Source: Methanothrix sp. (GTDB lineage: Archaea > Halobacteriota > Methanosarcinia > Methanotrichales > Methanotrichaceae). Taken from it: a stretch of DNA of 64,000 bases. Below the pieces are notes generated by a model that searched no databases, had not been told where the DNA came from, and worked only from the letters and a program-made list of their open reading frames with translations. Every line of letters begins with the position of its first letter. The first letter of the stretch is position 1. Shown piece by piece: positions 28,937 through 38,975 of this stretch. Made by a program: the position numbers and the translations under genes. The stretch covers positions 1,728,001 to 1,792,000 of the forward strand of contig OY821645.1 in NCBI GenBank assembly GCA_963682135.1, given 5' to 3'.

Positions 28937-29647
28937 ATGTTGCGATTAACAGCCTACATTTCCGGCAGAGTTCAGAGGGTAGGTTACCGAGCTAAAATAG
29001 TTTCTCTTGCCCATAACCTCGGTCTGGTAGGCCTAGTCCAAAACCGTCCCGATGGTCAAGTATTGGTTATCGCTGAGGGTGAAAAAGAGGCTGTAGAGAA
29101 GTTTGCCGGATCCATCAGGATAGAAAATGCCCTGATCAATGTGGAAAAGGTCGATGCCAATTATACCCATGCATCCGGAGAGTTTTCCGTCTTCCGGAAA
29201 ATCACCGGCCCGGATGAGATTGGTGAGAGGTTGGATGAAGGGATAGAAATTTTAAAATGCATGATGGCCGGCATCAACAATCTTACAATTATCACTAAAT
29301 CCGGTTTTGATGGCCTTAACAGCAAGATGGATGGCATGAACTCCAAAATGGATGGCATGAACTCCAAAATGGATGGCATGAACTCCAAAATGGATGGCAT
29401 GAACTCCAAAATGGATGGCATGAACTCCAAAATGGATGACATGAACTCCAAAATGGATGGCATGAATTCCAAAATGGATGGAGTAAATTGCAGGATGGAC
29501 AAGATGCTTGACAAGCAGGATGATACCATCAGCGAGATTAAGGGATTAAGACGGGACCTGAAAGATCACATGGACCAGAGGTTTGAGTACATCGAGGGGG
29601 AGCTGACTGAGATCAAATCAGCCCTCCGAACTAAGGGCATAATCTGA
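28937..29647 (+). CDS. Acylphosphatase domain fused to a heptad-repeat coiled coil
   Basis: ISGRVQRVGYR, GLVQNRPDGQV; C-terminal (MDGMNSK)n. Confidence 0.9.
   Translation: MLRLTAYISGRVQRVGYRAKIVSLAHNLGLVGLVQNRPDGQVLVIAEGEKEAVEKFAGSIRIENALINVEKVDANYTHASGEFSVFRKITGPDEIGERLDEGIEILKCMMAGINNLTIITKSGFDGLNSKMDGMNSKMDGMNSKMDGMNSKMDGMNSKMDGMNSKMDDMNSKMDGMNSKMDGVNCRMDKMLDKQDDTISEIKGLRRDLKDHMDQRFEYIEGELTEIKSALRTKGII
29327..29473 (+). repeat. In-frame 21-bp tandem repeat, 7 copies (ATGGATGGCATGAACTCCAAA)
   Basis: Five perfect copies and two single-mismatch copies, with degenerate flanking units. Confidence 0.97.
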
Positions 29648-29661
29648 GTCGTTCTATTTTT

Positions 29662-29690
29662 GATGAATACCCCGCAGCTTGCTGTGCGGG
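29662..29690. other. Palindromic element between convergent genes (terminator or IS200/IS605-type end remnant)
   Basis: ATGAATAC followed by CCCGCA-GCTTGCTG-TGCGGG. Confidence 0.3.
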
Positions 29691-29729
29691 TGCGCCGCCG
29701 CAGTTTCACCTATAACCAGTGGCTAACGA

Positions 29730-32700
29730 CTATTTCTGTCCCGCATCCGTAAACGTGATGTCCTTCTGGGTCTGGAATGAGCCGGTGTACTTCTGATCGG
29801 CCTTGATCTTCTTGTAGAACTTGGCATACTTGGTTTGGATGTTCCAGGTTCCATCGAAGGCCTGGTCTGTCTTGAAGGCCAGTGTATTGTTGGCATAATT
29901 AGAGCTGCAAACGCTGGATGTCTCGCTCTTGTCCACATGGCTTAAATTGAACCTCTCTGTGACCGAGGCACCCATGCCTCCTTGGAAGTTGGGAGAGGCC
30001 ACAGTCTTATGGCCTTTGAGATTTCCTCCGGTAAAAACCAGATCCTTCTTCTCGGTGAAATTGTCCTGAGAACCGCTGCGATCAATGGTACGAAGCGTCT
30101 CCAGGCTGATGGAACCGTTGCCCATTATCTTCTCGTTGAACTGCATGGTCGACCCCGAGATGGTATCCTTGATGGTGACCTCGCCTCTGCCTTTTACGGA
30201 TGAGGACTCTATGAAGAGCATTCCGTTCCTTCCCGAGGGGGCGACGACCGTCCTCTCCGTGTTGGTGTTGACTGTACTCCAGTGGATCAAATACGGTCCG
30301 CCTTCTGAGCTGCCTGATTCACCCGCGATGTAAACCGAAAGAGGCATGTAGGTGCCCGGCCCCCTGCCGGGAATGGTGCCGCTCCAGTATCCATCTTCCA
30401 GGCTGCCCGATTCCAGGTTGAGAGCACAGTCATAGACCCTGTCCACGCTGAGCATATCCTGCCTGGTGAGGGGCAGCTCGGACAGGCCGTATTTCACCGA
30501 GGCGGACAATATTTTCTCTGGGCTTTGCAGATGCACAGTCACCTTGACCGGCTGATTAGCGGAAGGCGTTGACGGCTGGGCATTGACATCCAAAATGGTA
30601 ATGGCTCCGTGCTCCGAACCCTTTACTCCTGCAATGGACAGCTCGTAATTCTTTGACCCGGCCAGGCTATCTTTTCCTGCTGGTGCAAACTCCTCTCCTC
30701 TGGATTCGTTCTCGCTTTGCGGTCCACTTTCGCCTTGAGGCTCGCTTTGCCCCTCATCTAATCCCAGAAGCTTTTCCACATAGCGCAGCAGGTCGGAAAT
30801 CTTATCCAATACTACATTGTTTTGCCTGGTTGCCGAACGGTCCACATCATCCGCCATAGTACCCGAGACTTCACTTTGTGTCTCCTCCTGAGATGGTAAG
30901 TTGAAGGGTAAGCTGACATTACCGAAACTTATGTTGGCCGAAGCCATTCTTACGCCGGACGGCAGCGGTGCCTTATCTTCGGGAGCCTCCATTACTTGAC
31001 CGGGTGAGACGAGAAGTTTCAGGCTCAGGCTAAAAGTGCAGCGCACGGGCTTCTTGTCCTGGGTGAAGCCTTCTGCGATTATGGTATCATCAATAGCTTG
31101 ATTTATTGTCTTTTCTGCCGCGACCGTCATCTGCCGCTTGGATGAGAGATAATCGATATTGCCCAGAGGGCCAAGCTGTTTGCTAATTACGAATATGCTG
31201 TAGAGAGGCACAATGCCTGTGTTGGCTACGGTGCAGGTGAGAAGGGTCTTCTCTCCCGGGACTATGGCCGGCGGAGAAGAGCTGACGAATATCTTGAGTG
31301 AGGTAATAACGACAGACACCTTAACCGCAGATGCGTCCGATAAGATCAGGCCGCGGGAGTCTTTTCCACTAGCCTCAAATTGAATTGTGCAATTATCGGA
31401 GATCACCGTTTTGGAATCTATCACTCTGAACTCACCCGGCTGAAGGCTGCCCAAAGATGATAGCGTGGTGCCGTTCAAGGCTAAAATAACATTATCCAGG
31501 CGATCGTCACCGGAATTGGTTACCAGAACGCTGACCTCTGCCGACTCACCCGGGCAAACCTCGATCTCCGAGGGCATGAGTTTTATTGTGATGCCGGGCT
31601 GAGCAGACCTTAAAAGCACGCCTGCCGTGCTGACTGCCTCAAAACCGTTGCTGTCAAATCCCTTTGCAGTGACATTGATCCAGGTGGTGGAGTTCTTGGT
31701 ATAAATGGCCGCCATCTTTACACTTTGACCGGGGGCCAGTTCCTTGAGAATGCGCCTCTTTCCATCGCCTTCTAAGGTAATATTTTGCAGGGTCTCCTCT
31801 CCGTTGTTGCTCAAGATCCAGGCGACCTCAACAGGCTCTCCCGGATAGATTCCTACCAGAGAAGGATCGCTGCGTATCAATAGCGAGGAATTCAGTACCT
31901 GAAGGCCGAACCTCTCACTGGCATAGACCTCGTTGCCGGCAAGATCACGAGCGATCGCCGAAAACACATCCACTTGACTGTGTTGGGCCGTCATCTCCTT
32001 TTGCAGCACCTTAGAGGCGCCCGGCTCCAATAGAGCTATCCGACCAATCTCCCCCAGACTATCCCTGACAAGAATATCGGTAATGTTTTCTGCACCCTTA
32101 TTTTCAATGTGCAGCTCCAGGGAAACGCTCTCGCCGCGGTGCACCCGCCGGGGGGCAGAAACCTCCAGCTTGAGCTGAGGAGAGATCTTCCAGATGTCGA
32201 GAGACGTATTGTTGGTGTAGATTCTTCCCTGGGCATCCAACGCTCGCACGTTGGCCAATAGCCTGGTATTATTCACAATCGGCATGGCTCCATCCAGGAA
32301 AAGCTCCTCGCCAGCAGGAAGAAACTTTGTGGAAGAGACCTTTCCGGCGCAGGAGATCTGAATCTGGGATAGCTCCCCGGACCACTGGTTCTTCGCCAGG
32401 CATCTGTAGCCCACGACCTCGCCGGATCTGCCTTCAGTCCTATTGGCAGTTATAGTTAGCAGGAGCGCAGATCGGTCTGACTTCTTTTCCACAGGCATGC
32501 TCTTTGCAGCAGGCACAGCTTTGGTGCTCAGCACCACATCTTCAGAAACAGAGGTTGTGGGATCCTCGCTTACCTCTGAGGGGATATACTGGACACGGGC
32601 CTGGACCTCACTCTCGGAAGGATCAAGAGCCATCACCCGCAAATCCTGGGGAGATCCGCTGACGGCGAGCACCTTCTTCTCACCGCAAACAAGCTGCGAT

Positions 32701-33128
32701 AATGTGCCCAGAGACCTTCCTGCGCCGACAATTTGCACCTCGTGCAGCTCCACGGAGCCGGTGTTCTCCAGGTAGACCTGAGACATTTCGGGCGACTCTT
32801 GGACGGTGGCCAGAAGAGAAGTTTCGCTGGAGGAAATATCCTGCAATGAATTGCTTTTTACATTAATCTCCGAATCGGGATGGACAGGAAGGGAAGGAGG
32901 GATTGATTTCAATTCGAGACGGGATGACATTTCCGGTGATTTTTCTGGGGAAAAGCCAGAGTCTAGCGAAGGGCCAGAGTAGGGGGAAGAGTCGGGGGCA
33001 TGTGAAAATATGTAGAATAGAGATGGAACTAGAATAACTAAAAACATGGCTACGCCCAGGAGTGCCGGACTTACCCTATGGCCAAGCCTCCCCCGAGGTA
33101 GTCTGCTCCTAAAGCTACCTCTACTCAT
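29730..33128 (-). CDS. Large membrane-anchored cell-surface protein with tandem Ig-like (CARDB/DUF11-like) domains
   Basis: N-terminal TM helix; repeated xNxGxxxLxxI...LxPGE units; beta-rich C-terminal domain. Confidence 0.8.
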   Translation of the reverse strand: MSRGSFRSRLPRGRLGHRVSPALLGVAMFLVILVPSLFYIFSHAPDSSPYSGPSLDSGFSPEKSPEMSSRLELKSIPPSLPVHPDSEINVKSNSLQDISSSETSLLATVQESPEMSQVYLENTGSVELHEVQIVGAGRSLGTLSQLVCGEKKVLAVSGSPQDLRVMALDPSESEVQARVQYIPSEVSEDPTTSVSEDVVLSTKAVPAAKSMPVEKKSDRSALLLTITANRTEGRSGEVVGYRCLAKNQWSGELSQIQISCAGKVSSTKFLPAGEELFLDGAMPIVNNTRLLANVRALDAQGRIYTNNTSLDIWKISPQLKLEVSAPRRVHRGESVSLELHIENKGAENITDILVRDSLGEIGRIALLEPGASKVLQKEMTAQHSQVDVFSAIARDLAGNEVYASERFGLQVLNSSLLIRSDPSLVGIYPGEPVEVAWILSNNGEETLQNITLEGDGKRRILKELAPGQSVKMAAIYTKNSTTWINVTAKGFDSNGFEAVSTAGVLLRSAQPGITIKLMPSEIEVCPGESAEVSVLVTNSGDDRLDNVILALNGTTLSSLGSLQPGEFRVIDSKTVISDNCTIQFEASGKDSRGLILSDASAVKVSVVITSLKIFVSSSPPAIVPGEKTLLTCTVANTGIVPLYSIFVISKQLGPLGNIDYLSSKRQMTVAAEKTINQAIDDTIIAEGFTQDKKPVRCTFSLSLKLLVSPGQVMEAPEDKAPLPSGVRMASANISFGNVSLPFNLPSQEETQSEVSGTMADDVDRSATRQNNVVLDKISDLLRYVEKLLGLDEGQSEPQGESGPQSENESRGEEFAPAGKDSLAGSKNYELSIAGVKGSEHGAITILDVNAQPSTPSANQPVKVTVHLQSPEKILSASVKYGLSELPLTRQDMLSVDRVYDCALNLESGSLEDGYWSGTIPGRGPGTYMPLSVYIAGESGSSEGGPYLIHWSTVNTNTERTVVAPSGRNGMLFIESSSVKGRGEVTIKDTISGSTMQFNEKIMGNGSISLETLRTIDRSGSQDNFTEKKDLVFTGGNLKGHKTVASPNFQGGMGASVTERFNLSHVDKSETSSVCSSNYANNTLAFKTDQAFDGTWNIQTKYAKFYKKIKADQKYTGSFQTQKDITFTDAGQK

Positions 33129-33327
33129 GCCACTACTCCCTTCATTCCCCTGCCAGACTATCCCTTGCCAAAATCACCTTTTACGATCTTGGCTGATTTA
33201 AATAAGACTAGATCCCTTCTCTGCCTTTTTTTATATTTCTATCTATAAATGCGTTTCGGATGTTTAGGGAAAAAAGACATCAAAGTCATAATTATGGTTT
33301 TATAGCAAAAAGGATATACTTGTAAGT

Positions 33328-34539
33328 ATGGACCCGTTCCTGGCTTTTCTGGCAACCGTAATTTTCGTCAGTCTGATCATACCCAGGCTTGGTCCCTTCC
33401 TGAGTTTAGTCATCTCCTCTATCATCTTTGGCCTGCTGGTCGGCATGGGGGGAGAGTTGCAGGGATACATCTCCACAGGTCTATCTCGAATCTTTTCTTC
33501 TCTGGCCGTTGTAGTATTGAGCGGTGCCCTGCTGGCGGAGTATCTGCGCAGCACGCAGAGCCTGGATCGAATTGTTGCCGACCTGGGGAGGTTGGCTGAC
33601 AAGAGCCTGGCTATCAGCGGAGCGGCCGGATACCTTATCTCGCTACCAGTGATGTGCAGCATCACCGCCTACATGATTTTGCAGCCCGTGGTAAGCGGTC
33701 TGGCCGGAAAAAGCAGCGATAGCCGCAAGAGGGCCCTTTTCATGACGGCTGCCTGCTCTATAATCTCTTTCAACCTCATTTATCCCTCTCCGGTCATGAT
33801 CACCCTTTCTGCGGGTCTTCAGGCACAACCCAGCGATCTGCTCATGCGCGCCGTTCCCATATCACTGGTTCTTTTCGCCCTGGCCTTTCTATTGATGCAA
33901 CATATCTTCCCTGTGAAAGCAGAACTAAAAGAGAAAATAAATCCCCCTGAAATGAGCCGGTTACGCGCCTGGGCCCCTTTGCTGCTGCCCATGGCCATGA
34001 TCCTGCTAGGAAGCATCCTGCCGGAGAAGGCACGCATCCTGGCAGACCCGGGCATTGCCCTGCTCCTGGGCGCATTGCTCAGTCTGGCATTGGAGAGAAA
34101 AAAGATGCAGGAGCTGATTCATGTTGCCTCGAGAAGATCCGGCGTTATATTGCTGGACCTATGCGCAGCGGGAGCGTTCGGCTATGTAGTAGCGCAAAGC
34201 GATCTACCTGAGGAGATCTTCCGCCTGGGCCATTTTCTGCCTGCGCTGCTCCTGCCCTTCCTGGTCTCTGCCACGCTGCAGCTTGCCCAGGGATCCAGGG
34301 TGGTGACGGCAGCCGTTTCGGCGCAGATCCTGGCAGGCTATCCTCTGCCGGCAGCGACTCTTGCCCTGCTCATTGCCTCTGGAGCTTTCATGTTCTCTTA
34401 CGTTACCGATCCATTCTTCTGGCTCATCAAAAGCTCTACAGGAGCCGGCATGAAAGAAACGGTTCTGGGATATACACTGCCCCTCAGCCTGCTGGGCCTG
34501 GCGGCTTTCGCTTTGGCTGCCATATCGTCGATATTATGA
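33328..34539 (+). CDS. GntP family permease
   Basis: Polytopic; YPSP, LQLAQGSRVVT, SYVTDPFFW. Confidence 0.85.
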   Translation: MDPFLAFLATVIFVSLIIPRLGPFLSLVISSIIFGLLVGMGGELQGYISTGLSRIFSSLAVVVLSGALLAEYLRSTQSLDRIVADLGRLADKSLAISGAAGYLISLPVMCSITAYMILQPVVSGLAGKSSDSRKRALFMTAACSIISFNLIYPSPVMITLSAGLQAQPSDLLMRAVPISLVLFALAFLLMQHIFPVKAELKEKINPPEMSRLRAWAPLLLPMAMILLGSILPEKARILADPGIALLLGALLSLALERKKMQELIHVASRRSGVILLDLCAAGAFGYVVAQSDLPEEIFRLGHFLPALLLPFLVSATLQLAQGSRVVTAAVSAQILAGYPLPAATLALLIASGAFMFSYVTDPFFWLIKSSTGAGMKETVLGYTLPLSLLGLAAFALAAISSIL

Positions 34540-34692
34540 GGTTGTGGATTTTCTGAAGAGAAGGTGCGAGGCAGAAAACTGCAGTGAATAGGAGGGAGGC
34601 AAAAGTCACGAGCCTTGGGAGGGAAAGAAATGAGTCTTCGACCTTTGCCAATCAAACTATACGTCAATCGCCGTATTTAAGGATTTCCATAT

Positions 34693-35493
34693 TCAGGATT
34701 TCACCAGATCGAAGACCCAGCGGCTGACGCCCGGTGCGACATTGCCGCATCTGCGACACAATTTAACCTCCAGGCCCATATCCTCATAGCTCTTTTTGAG
34801 CGGCTCGATCTGCTGGCGCTTCTTGAAGGTATAGAAGTGCAGGCACCCCTTGGATTTCACCAGGGGCAATACAGCCTGCAAAATCCCGTCTGCTCCGTAG
34901 GGCGCGGGAATGACAGCCCTGTGAAAATCCTTGCGAAGCATCTCTGTCATGTGGAAGGCATCCGCATTTATTATCGAGATCATCCTTTCCACTCGATTTC
35001 TCCTGGCATTCTCTGCCAAATAAAGGCATGCTTCGCGACTCTTCTCCAGAGCCAGTACACTAGCGCCTCGAGCTGCCAGGGGAACGGCAAATGGTCCCAC
35101 GCCTGAGAATGGAAGGAGCACATCCTCCCCAGCCACCACCTCTGCTGCTACCCTCATTCTCTCGTAGCCGAGATGGCTGTTCCAAAAAACCGTTGCTACA
35201 TTCAGACGGTAGAGGAAGCCGAATTCCTTATGCGTGGTGACAGTATCGCCGCTGCCTGCCAGAAGCTCTAAACCCGCCACCCTTCTATCACCTAGCAACT
35301 TAGAGGTCTTATTGAGCACGGTATGAATGTTCTTGCCGGAAGAGAACACAGTCCCGGCAATCACTTCTTTGTAAGGCTCCAGCTCCGGGGAAAGAGAGAG
35401 TATGGCAATATTGCCAATGACATGAAAGCCATCCGATAGTCTGCTCAGGCACTCTTCCGGCACAAGGCCTTGCAGCTTTTCTTTAAGGCGCAT
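34693..35493 (-). CDS. Trm5/TYW2 (Met-10+-like) SAM-dependent tRNA-modifying enzyme
   Basis: FHVIGNIAI, TTHKEFG, ERMR, FSGVGPFA, ENARRN. Confidence 0.85.
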   Translation of the reverse strand: MRLKEKLQGLVPEECLSRLSDGFHVIGNIAILSLSPELEPYKEVIAGTVFSSGKNIHTVLNKTSKLLGDRRVAGLELLAGSGDTVTTHKEFGFLYRLNVATVFWNSHLGYERMRVAAEVVAGEDVLLPFSGVGPFAVPLAARGASVLALEKSREACLYLAENARRNRVERMISIINADAFHMTEMLRKDFHRAVIPAPYGADGILQAVLPLVKSKGCLHFYTFKKRQQIEPLKKSYEDMGLEVKLCRRCGNVAPGVSRWVFDLVKS

Positions 35494-35538
35494 TATCTTC
35501 GAAAAAAAGAAAAATCCAATCCACTTGGATTTTTCTGC

Positions 35539-37071
35539 TCAGGCCTTCTTGCGACTGCGGATGAACATGCCGGTGTTCGTCTCATCCAGCAACTTCTCGG
35601 ACGGTTTCTTGGTCATCAGGCTGACAACAATCATGGCTGCCAGCGAGAGAGCAAATCCGTATATGCTGGGGTGCATGGGCATGGGTGAGATGAATTTGGC
35701 ATAATAGCTGAAGGCAAATACACCTACCAGCCCCACAATCATCGAGGCGAGGGCCCCCTCGCGCGTCGCCCGCCGCCAGTACAGCCCGGCAAATAAGGGC
35801 GTTACAAAGCAGGCCAGCATCACGCCAATGGCCATCCAGATCAGCCAGGCCAGGAGCTCCGGCGGATTGGACCAGGCCAGATAGAGCGTAATGACGGTTG
35901 AAAGCCCAATGGCCACCCGGCTGAGAAGGGTTATCGACTTCTCAGAGGCATCCTTATTGATAAACTGCTTGTAGACATCCCAGCTCACGTAGCTGCCTAT
36001 GGTCAGCATCAGCCGATCCGTGGTAGACATGACTGCGGATAGTACTATTATGGCCACGATGGGCGCGAAGATGGCAGGGAAGACGTACTCTGCAGCTACG
36101 ATGAAGCTGTAGTCGGAAGGATTGGCAACACCCGTAGGCAGAGAGATCATATTTTCGGCAACCATAGATCGAGCCGCAAAACCGGTGATCTTGCACAGGT
36201 ACATGATCACCGCATAGACGACAAAGGCGGCCAGCGGTGCCCACTTGAAGTACTTGATGTCTCTTGCAGCCAGAACGTTGTTCACCACGTGCGGAGCTGC
36301 CGCCAGCCCGAAGGTGAGCAGGAAGAAGAACGAGGCCAGGTATTCAGGCGTCATGAAGGCATACTTGGCATAAGGCGGATGCATTTGCGGATACCAGAGG
36401 TGGGTCATATTCACATCTATGCTCGCCAGGACGACATTGATGTGTTCCAGTCCTCCTGCTGCGGCAATGACCACCGGCCCCACAAGCAAGACTCCGGCCA
36501 GTATCATTATGCCCTGCACCAGAGAGGCCATGCCGATAGCATAAAGCCCGCCCAGGATGGTGTAGGCCATGACGATGACTGCGCCAATCACCAGAGACCA
36601 CTCATAGGGGATCTTGAAGAGCCATGACAGGACCATGCTGATGGAGACATATTGCCCCACCAGATAGATGATGGAGATGAGAATGCCTATTATTGCCGAG
36701 GTGCCGCGAATGCCCCTCGGGCTGTAGAAACGGTGAGCGAAGTAGTCTTGCACCGTCACATAGCCAGTTTTGGAGGCGACGGCGTGCAGCTTGGTTCCGA
36801 AGAACAGTATGCAAACCGCAGCCGAGAGCGGAACGAATATTTGCTCCCATATGCTTGGCCAGCCTGCGGTGTAACCGAGGCCCGCAACGCCAAGGATTGT
36901 CATGCCGCTGCAAATGCTGGCTACGATGAGCAGAGTAAAGGTCCAGAAGCCCAGATTTCTTCCCGCTACCAGGAAATCCTCCGAGTTCTGGATCTTCTTC
37001 GAGGCTATGGCTCCGATGGCCACCAGGCCAACGAAATATAGCACAATTATGATGCTTCCCATCAGGTCCAT
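35539..37071 (-). CDS. Sodium:solute symporter (SSS family)
   Basis: DFLVAGR, YTILGG, SAVMSTTD, WRRATREGA. Confidence 0.95.
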   Translation of the reverse strand: MDLMGSIIIVLYFVGLVAIGAIASKKIQNSEDFLVAGRNLGFWTFTLLIVASICSGMTILGVAGLGYTAGWPSIWEQIFVPLSAAVCILFFGTKLHAVASKTGYVTVQDYFAHRFYSPRGIRGTSAIIGILISIIYLVGQYVSISMVLSWLFKIPYEWSLVIGAVIVMAYTILGGLYAIGMASLVQGIMILAGVLLVGPVVIAAAGGLEHINVVLASIDVNMTHLWYPQMHPPYAKYAFMTPEYLASFFFLLTFGLAAAPHVVNNVLAARDIKYFKWAPLAAFVVYAVIMYLCKITGFAARSMVAENMISLPTGVANPSDYSFIVAAEYVFPAIFAPIVAIIVLSAVMSTTDRLMLTIGSYVSWDVYKQFINKDASEKSITLLSRVAIGLSTVITLYLAWSNPPELLAWLIWMAIGVMLACFVTPLFAGLYWRRATREGALASMIVGLVGVFAFSYYAKFISPMPMHPSIYGFALSLAAMIVVSLMTKKPSEKLLDETNTGMFIRSRKKA

Positions 37072-37075
37072 GATA

Positions 37076-37186
37076 TCACCACCTCAAAGCCCATATCAAA
37101 AGCAGTAGTGAGATGGCTATGGGCACAATTATGATCCCAACAAAGGTATCAGTAGGTAAACCAATGATCAAATAGAATCCCTCCAT
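37076..37186 (-). CDS. Small membrane accessory peptide of the SSS transporter (about 36 aa)
   Basis: MEGFYLIIGLPTDTFVGIIIVPIAISLLLLIWALRW; its 3' end overlaps the symporter RBS. Confidence 0.65.
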   Translation of the reverse strand: MEGFYLIIGLPTDTFVGIIIVPIAISLLLLIWALRW

Positions 37187-37282
37187 GATTGTTACGTGAT
37201 AGCATGTTGCAGATTCGCATTTAATAAAGCTTTTTAATCTCAAGTGAGAAACTTTTATAGTGGGCATGCTTCTAAGAGAAGG

Positions 37283-38101
37283 ATGAGCGAGCGACTTTCC
37301 CCCCAAGGCAGCGATTTGTTGATCCTTTGTGATAATGCGTCAAGAGCCGTGGACCGTGCCATCAAAGAGATGGCGGGTACCGTGGCCAGTGGCCGGATGG
37401 TGAAGATGGGAGCAGACGGCACTCCTACCAAGCAAATCGACCGGGCCGCAGAGAATGCCGTTCTCGATACGCTGCGGGCATCCGGCCTGGGCTTTAGGGT
37501 GCTAAGCGAGGAGATAGGCGAGGTATTGATCGGCGAAGAGCCCAACTATTTCCTGCACCTTGATCCCCTGGACGGCACCTTTAACGCCATAGCCGGCATT
37601 CCCTTCTATTCGGTCTCCATTTACCTGAGCAAGGACGATTTTCATTTCGGGTATATTTCTGATATGGTTCGTGGCGAGTGCTATTATGCACAAGCAGGAC
37701 GGGGCGCCTATTCAAAGCAGAGCGGGCGCCTGCAAGTTTCAAATAATGCCGACCTCACCCAATTTAGCATCTCCGCTTACACTCTGCGGCCCCATACCGG
37801 CAGGATAGCGGCCATTGGCGACACCGTGCGCCGCATTCGTACCTTGGGGAGCACCGCATTGGAGATGGCACTGGTAGCCTCAGGAAGGCTGGATGCCTTC
37901 GTGGATCTGCGAGGCCGGATGCGGGTGGTGGATATGGCGGCGGGAAAGCTCATACTGGAGGAAGCAGGCGGGACTGTAACGGATGCCGCAGGAAATGCGC
38001 TTCATCTAGACGGCAACATGTGGCAGAAGAGGGATCTGATCGGCTCGAATGGCCTCCAGCATGCAGAGCTGCTCAGGCTCATCGGTGGTGGCCAAAATTA
38101 G
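37283..38101 (+). CDS. Inositol monophosphatase/FBPase family (possible NADP phosphatase)
   Basis: MGADGTPT, LSEE, LDPLDGTFN, RTLGS, DMAAG. Confidence 0.93.
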   Translation: MSERLSPQGSDLLILCDNASRAVDRAIKEMAGTVASGRMVKMGADGTPTKQIDRAAENAVLDTLRASGLGFRVLSEEIGEVLIGEEPNYFLHLDPLDGTFNAIAGIPFYSVSIYLSKDDFHFGYISDMVRGECYYAQAGRGAYSKQSGRLQVSNNADLTQFSISAYTLRPHTGRIAAIGDTVRRIRTLGSTALEMALVASGRLDAFVDLRGRMRVVDMAAGKLILEEAGGTVTDAAGNALHLDGNMWQKRDLIGSNGLQHAELLRLIGGGQN

Positions 38102-38918
38102 GGTCGGCTTTGTCTCTCGACAGCAGCCGGAATCGATTCGGCTGGCTAAGATGCTCATCAACCAGATAGAGAGCCAGGGGGGTGCCACCATATTCGTGGA
38201 TGAGGACCTGGCGCAGAAGCTGGGCAGGCAGGGCATCGCAGTCGCAGAGATGGAGCGGCAGAAGGTGGACTTCATAGTATCCGTGGGAGGAGATGGGACC
38301 ATATTGCGCACCATTCACAAGATGGCAGATCCGGCACCTATTTTGGGCATAAACATGGGCACTCTGGGCTTTCTGGTGGATGTGGAGCCAAGGGACGCTG
38401 TGGAGACGCTCTCGCGCCTGCTGGCGGGATTTGATGTAGATGTGCGCAGCAGGCTCAAGCTGCTGCTCAATGGGGTTTGCCTGCCCCGCGCCACCAATGA
38501 GATCGCCTTTCTGACGGCCAGTCCCGCCAAGATGATCGAGTTTGAGATCATCGTGGACGGCGCTCTCATGGAGGACTTTCGGGCGGACGGGGTGATCATC
38601 GCCACCTCCACCGGCTCCACCGCTTATGCCATGTCGGCAGGCGGGCCCATTGTCGATCCGAGGGTGGATGCCATTGTGCTCGTTCCCATGGCCCCCTTCA
38701 AGCTCTCCAGCCGGCCCTGGGTGATTCCGGGGGACAGCGTCATTGAGGTCCGGCTCAAGCTGCCGGACAAGGAGGCACTGGTGGTGGTGGACGGCCAGAC
38801 TTCGATGGTCATTTCCTCCAAGGATACGGTGGTCATAAGCAAGGCCAAGACCCCGGCCAGGTTTGTGAAGGTGGGAAGAGAAGGGTTTTACGCAAAGGTG
38901 AAGAGCAAGTTGACTTGA
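38088..38918 (+). CDS. nadK: NAD kinase
   Basis: GGDGT, GTLGFL, NE, ADG...TGSTAYAMSAGGP. Confidence 0.96.
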   Translation: MAKIRVGFVSRQQPESIRLAKMLINQIESQGGATIFVDEDLAQKLGRQGIAVAEMERQKVDFIVSVGGDGTILRTIHKMADPAPILGINMGTLGFLVDVEPRDAVETLSRLLAGFDVDVRSRLKLLLNGVCLPRATNEIAFLTASPAKMIEFEIIVDGALMEDFRADGVIIATSTGSTAYAMSAGGPIVDPRVDAIVLVPMAPFKLSSRPWVIPGDSVIEVRLKLPDKEALVVVDGQTSMVISSKDTVVISKAKTPARFVKVGREGFYAKVKSKLT

Positions 38919-38975
38919 CGAGTGTGCAATAGAGAAAACTGCCAAATAGCCCAACGAACATAAAGAGATACTAGC

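Noticed and set aside
29327-29473. Possible CRISPR array
   Set aside because: Units are contiguous with no spacers, lie in frame inside a CDS, and no cas genes are nearby
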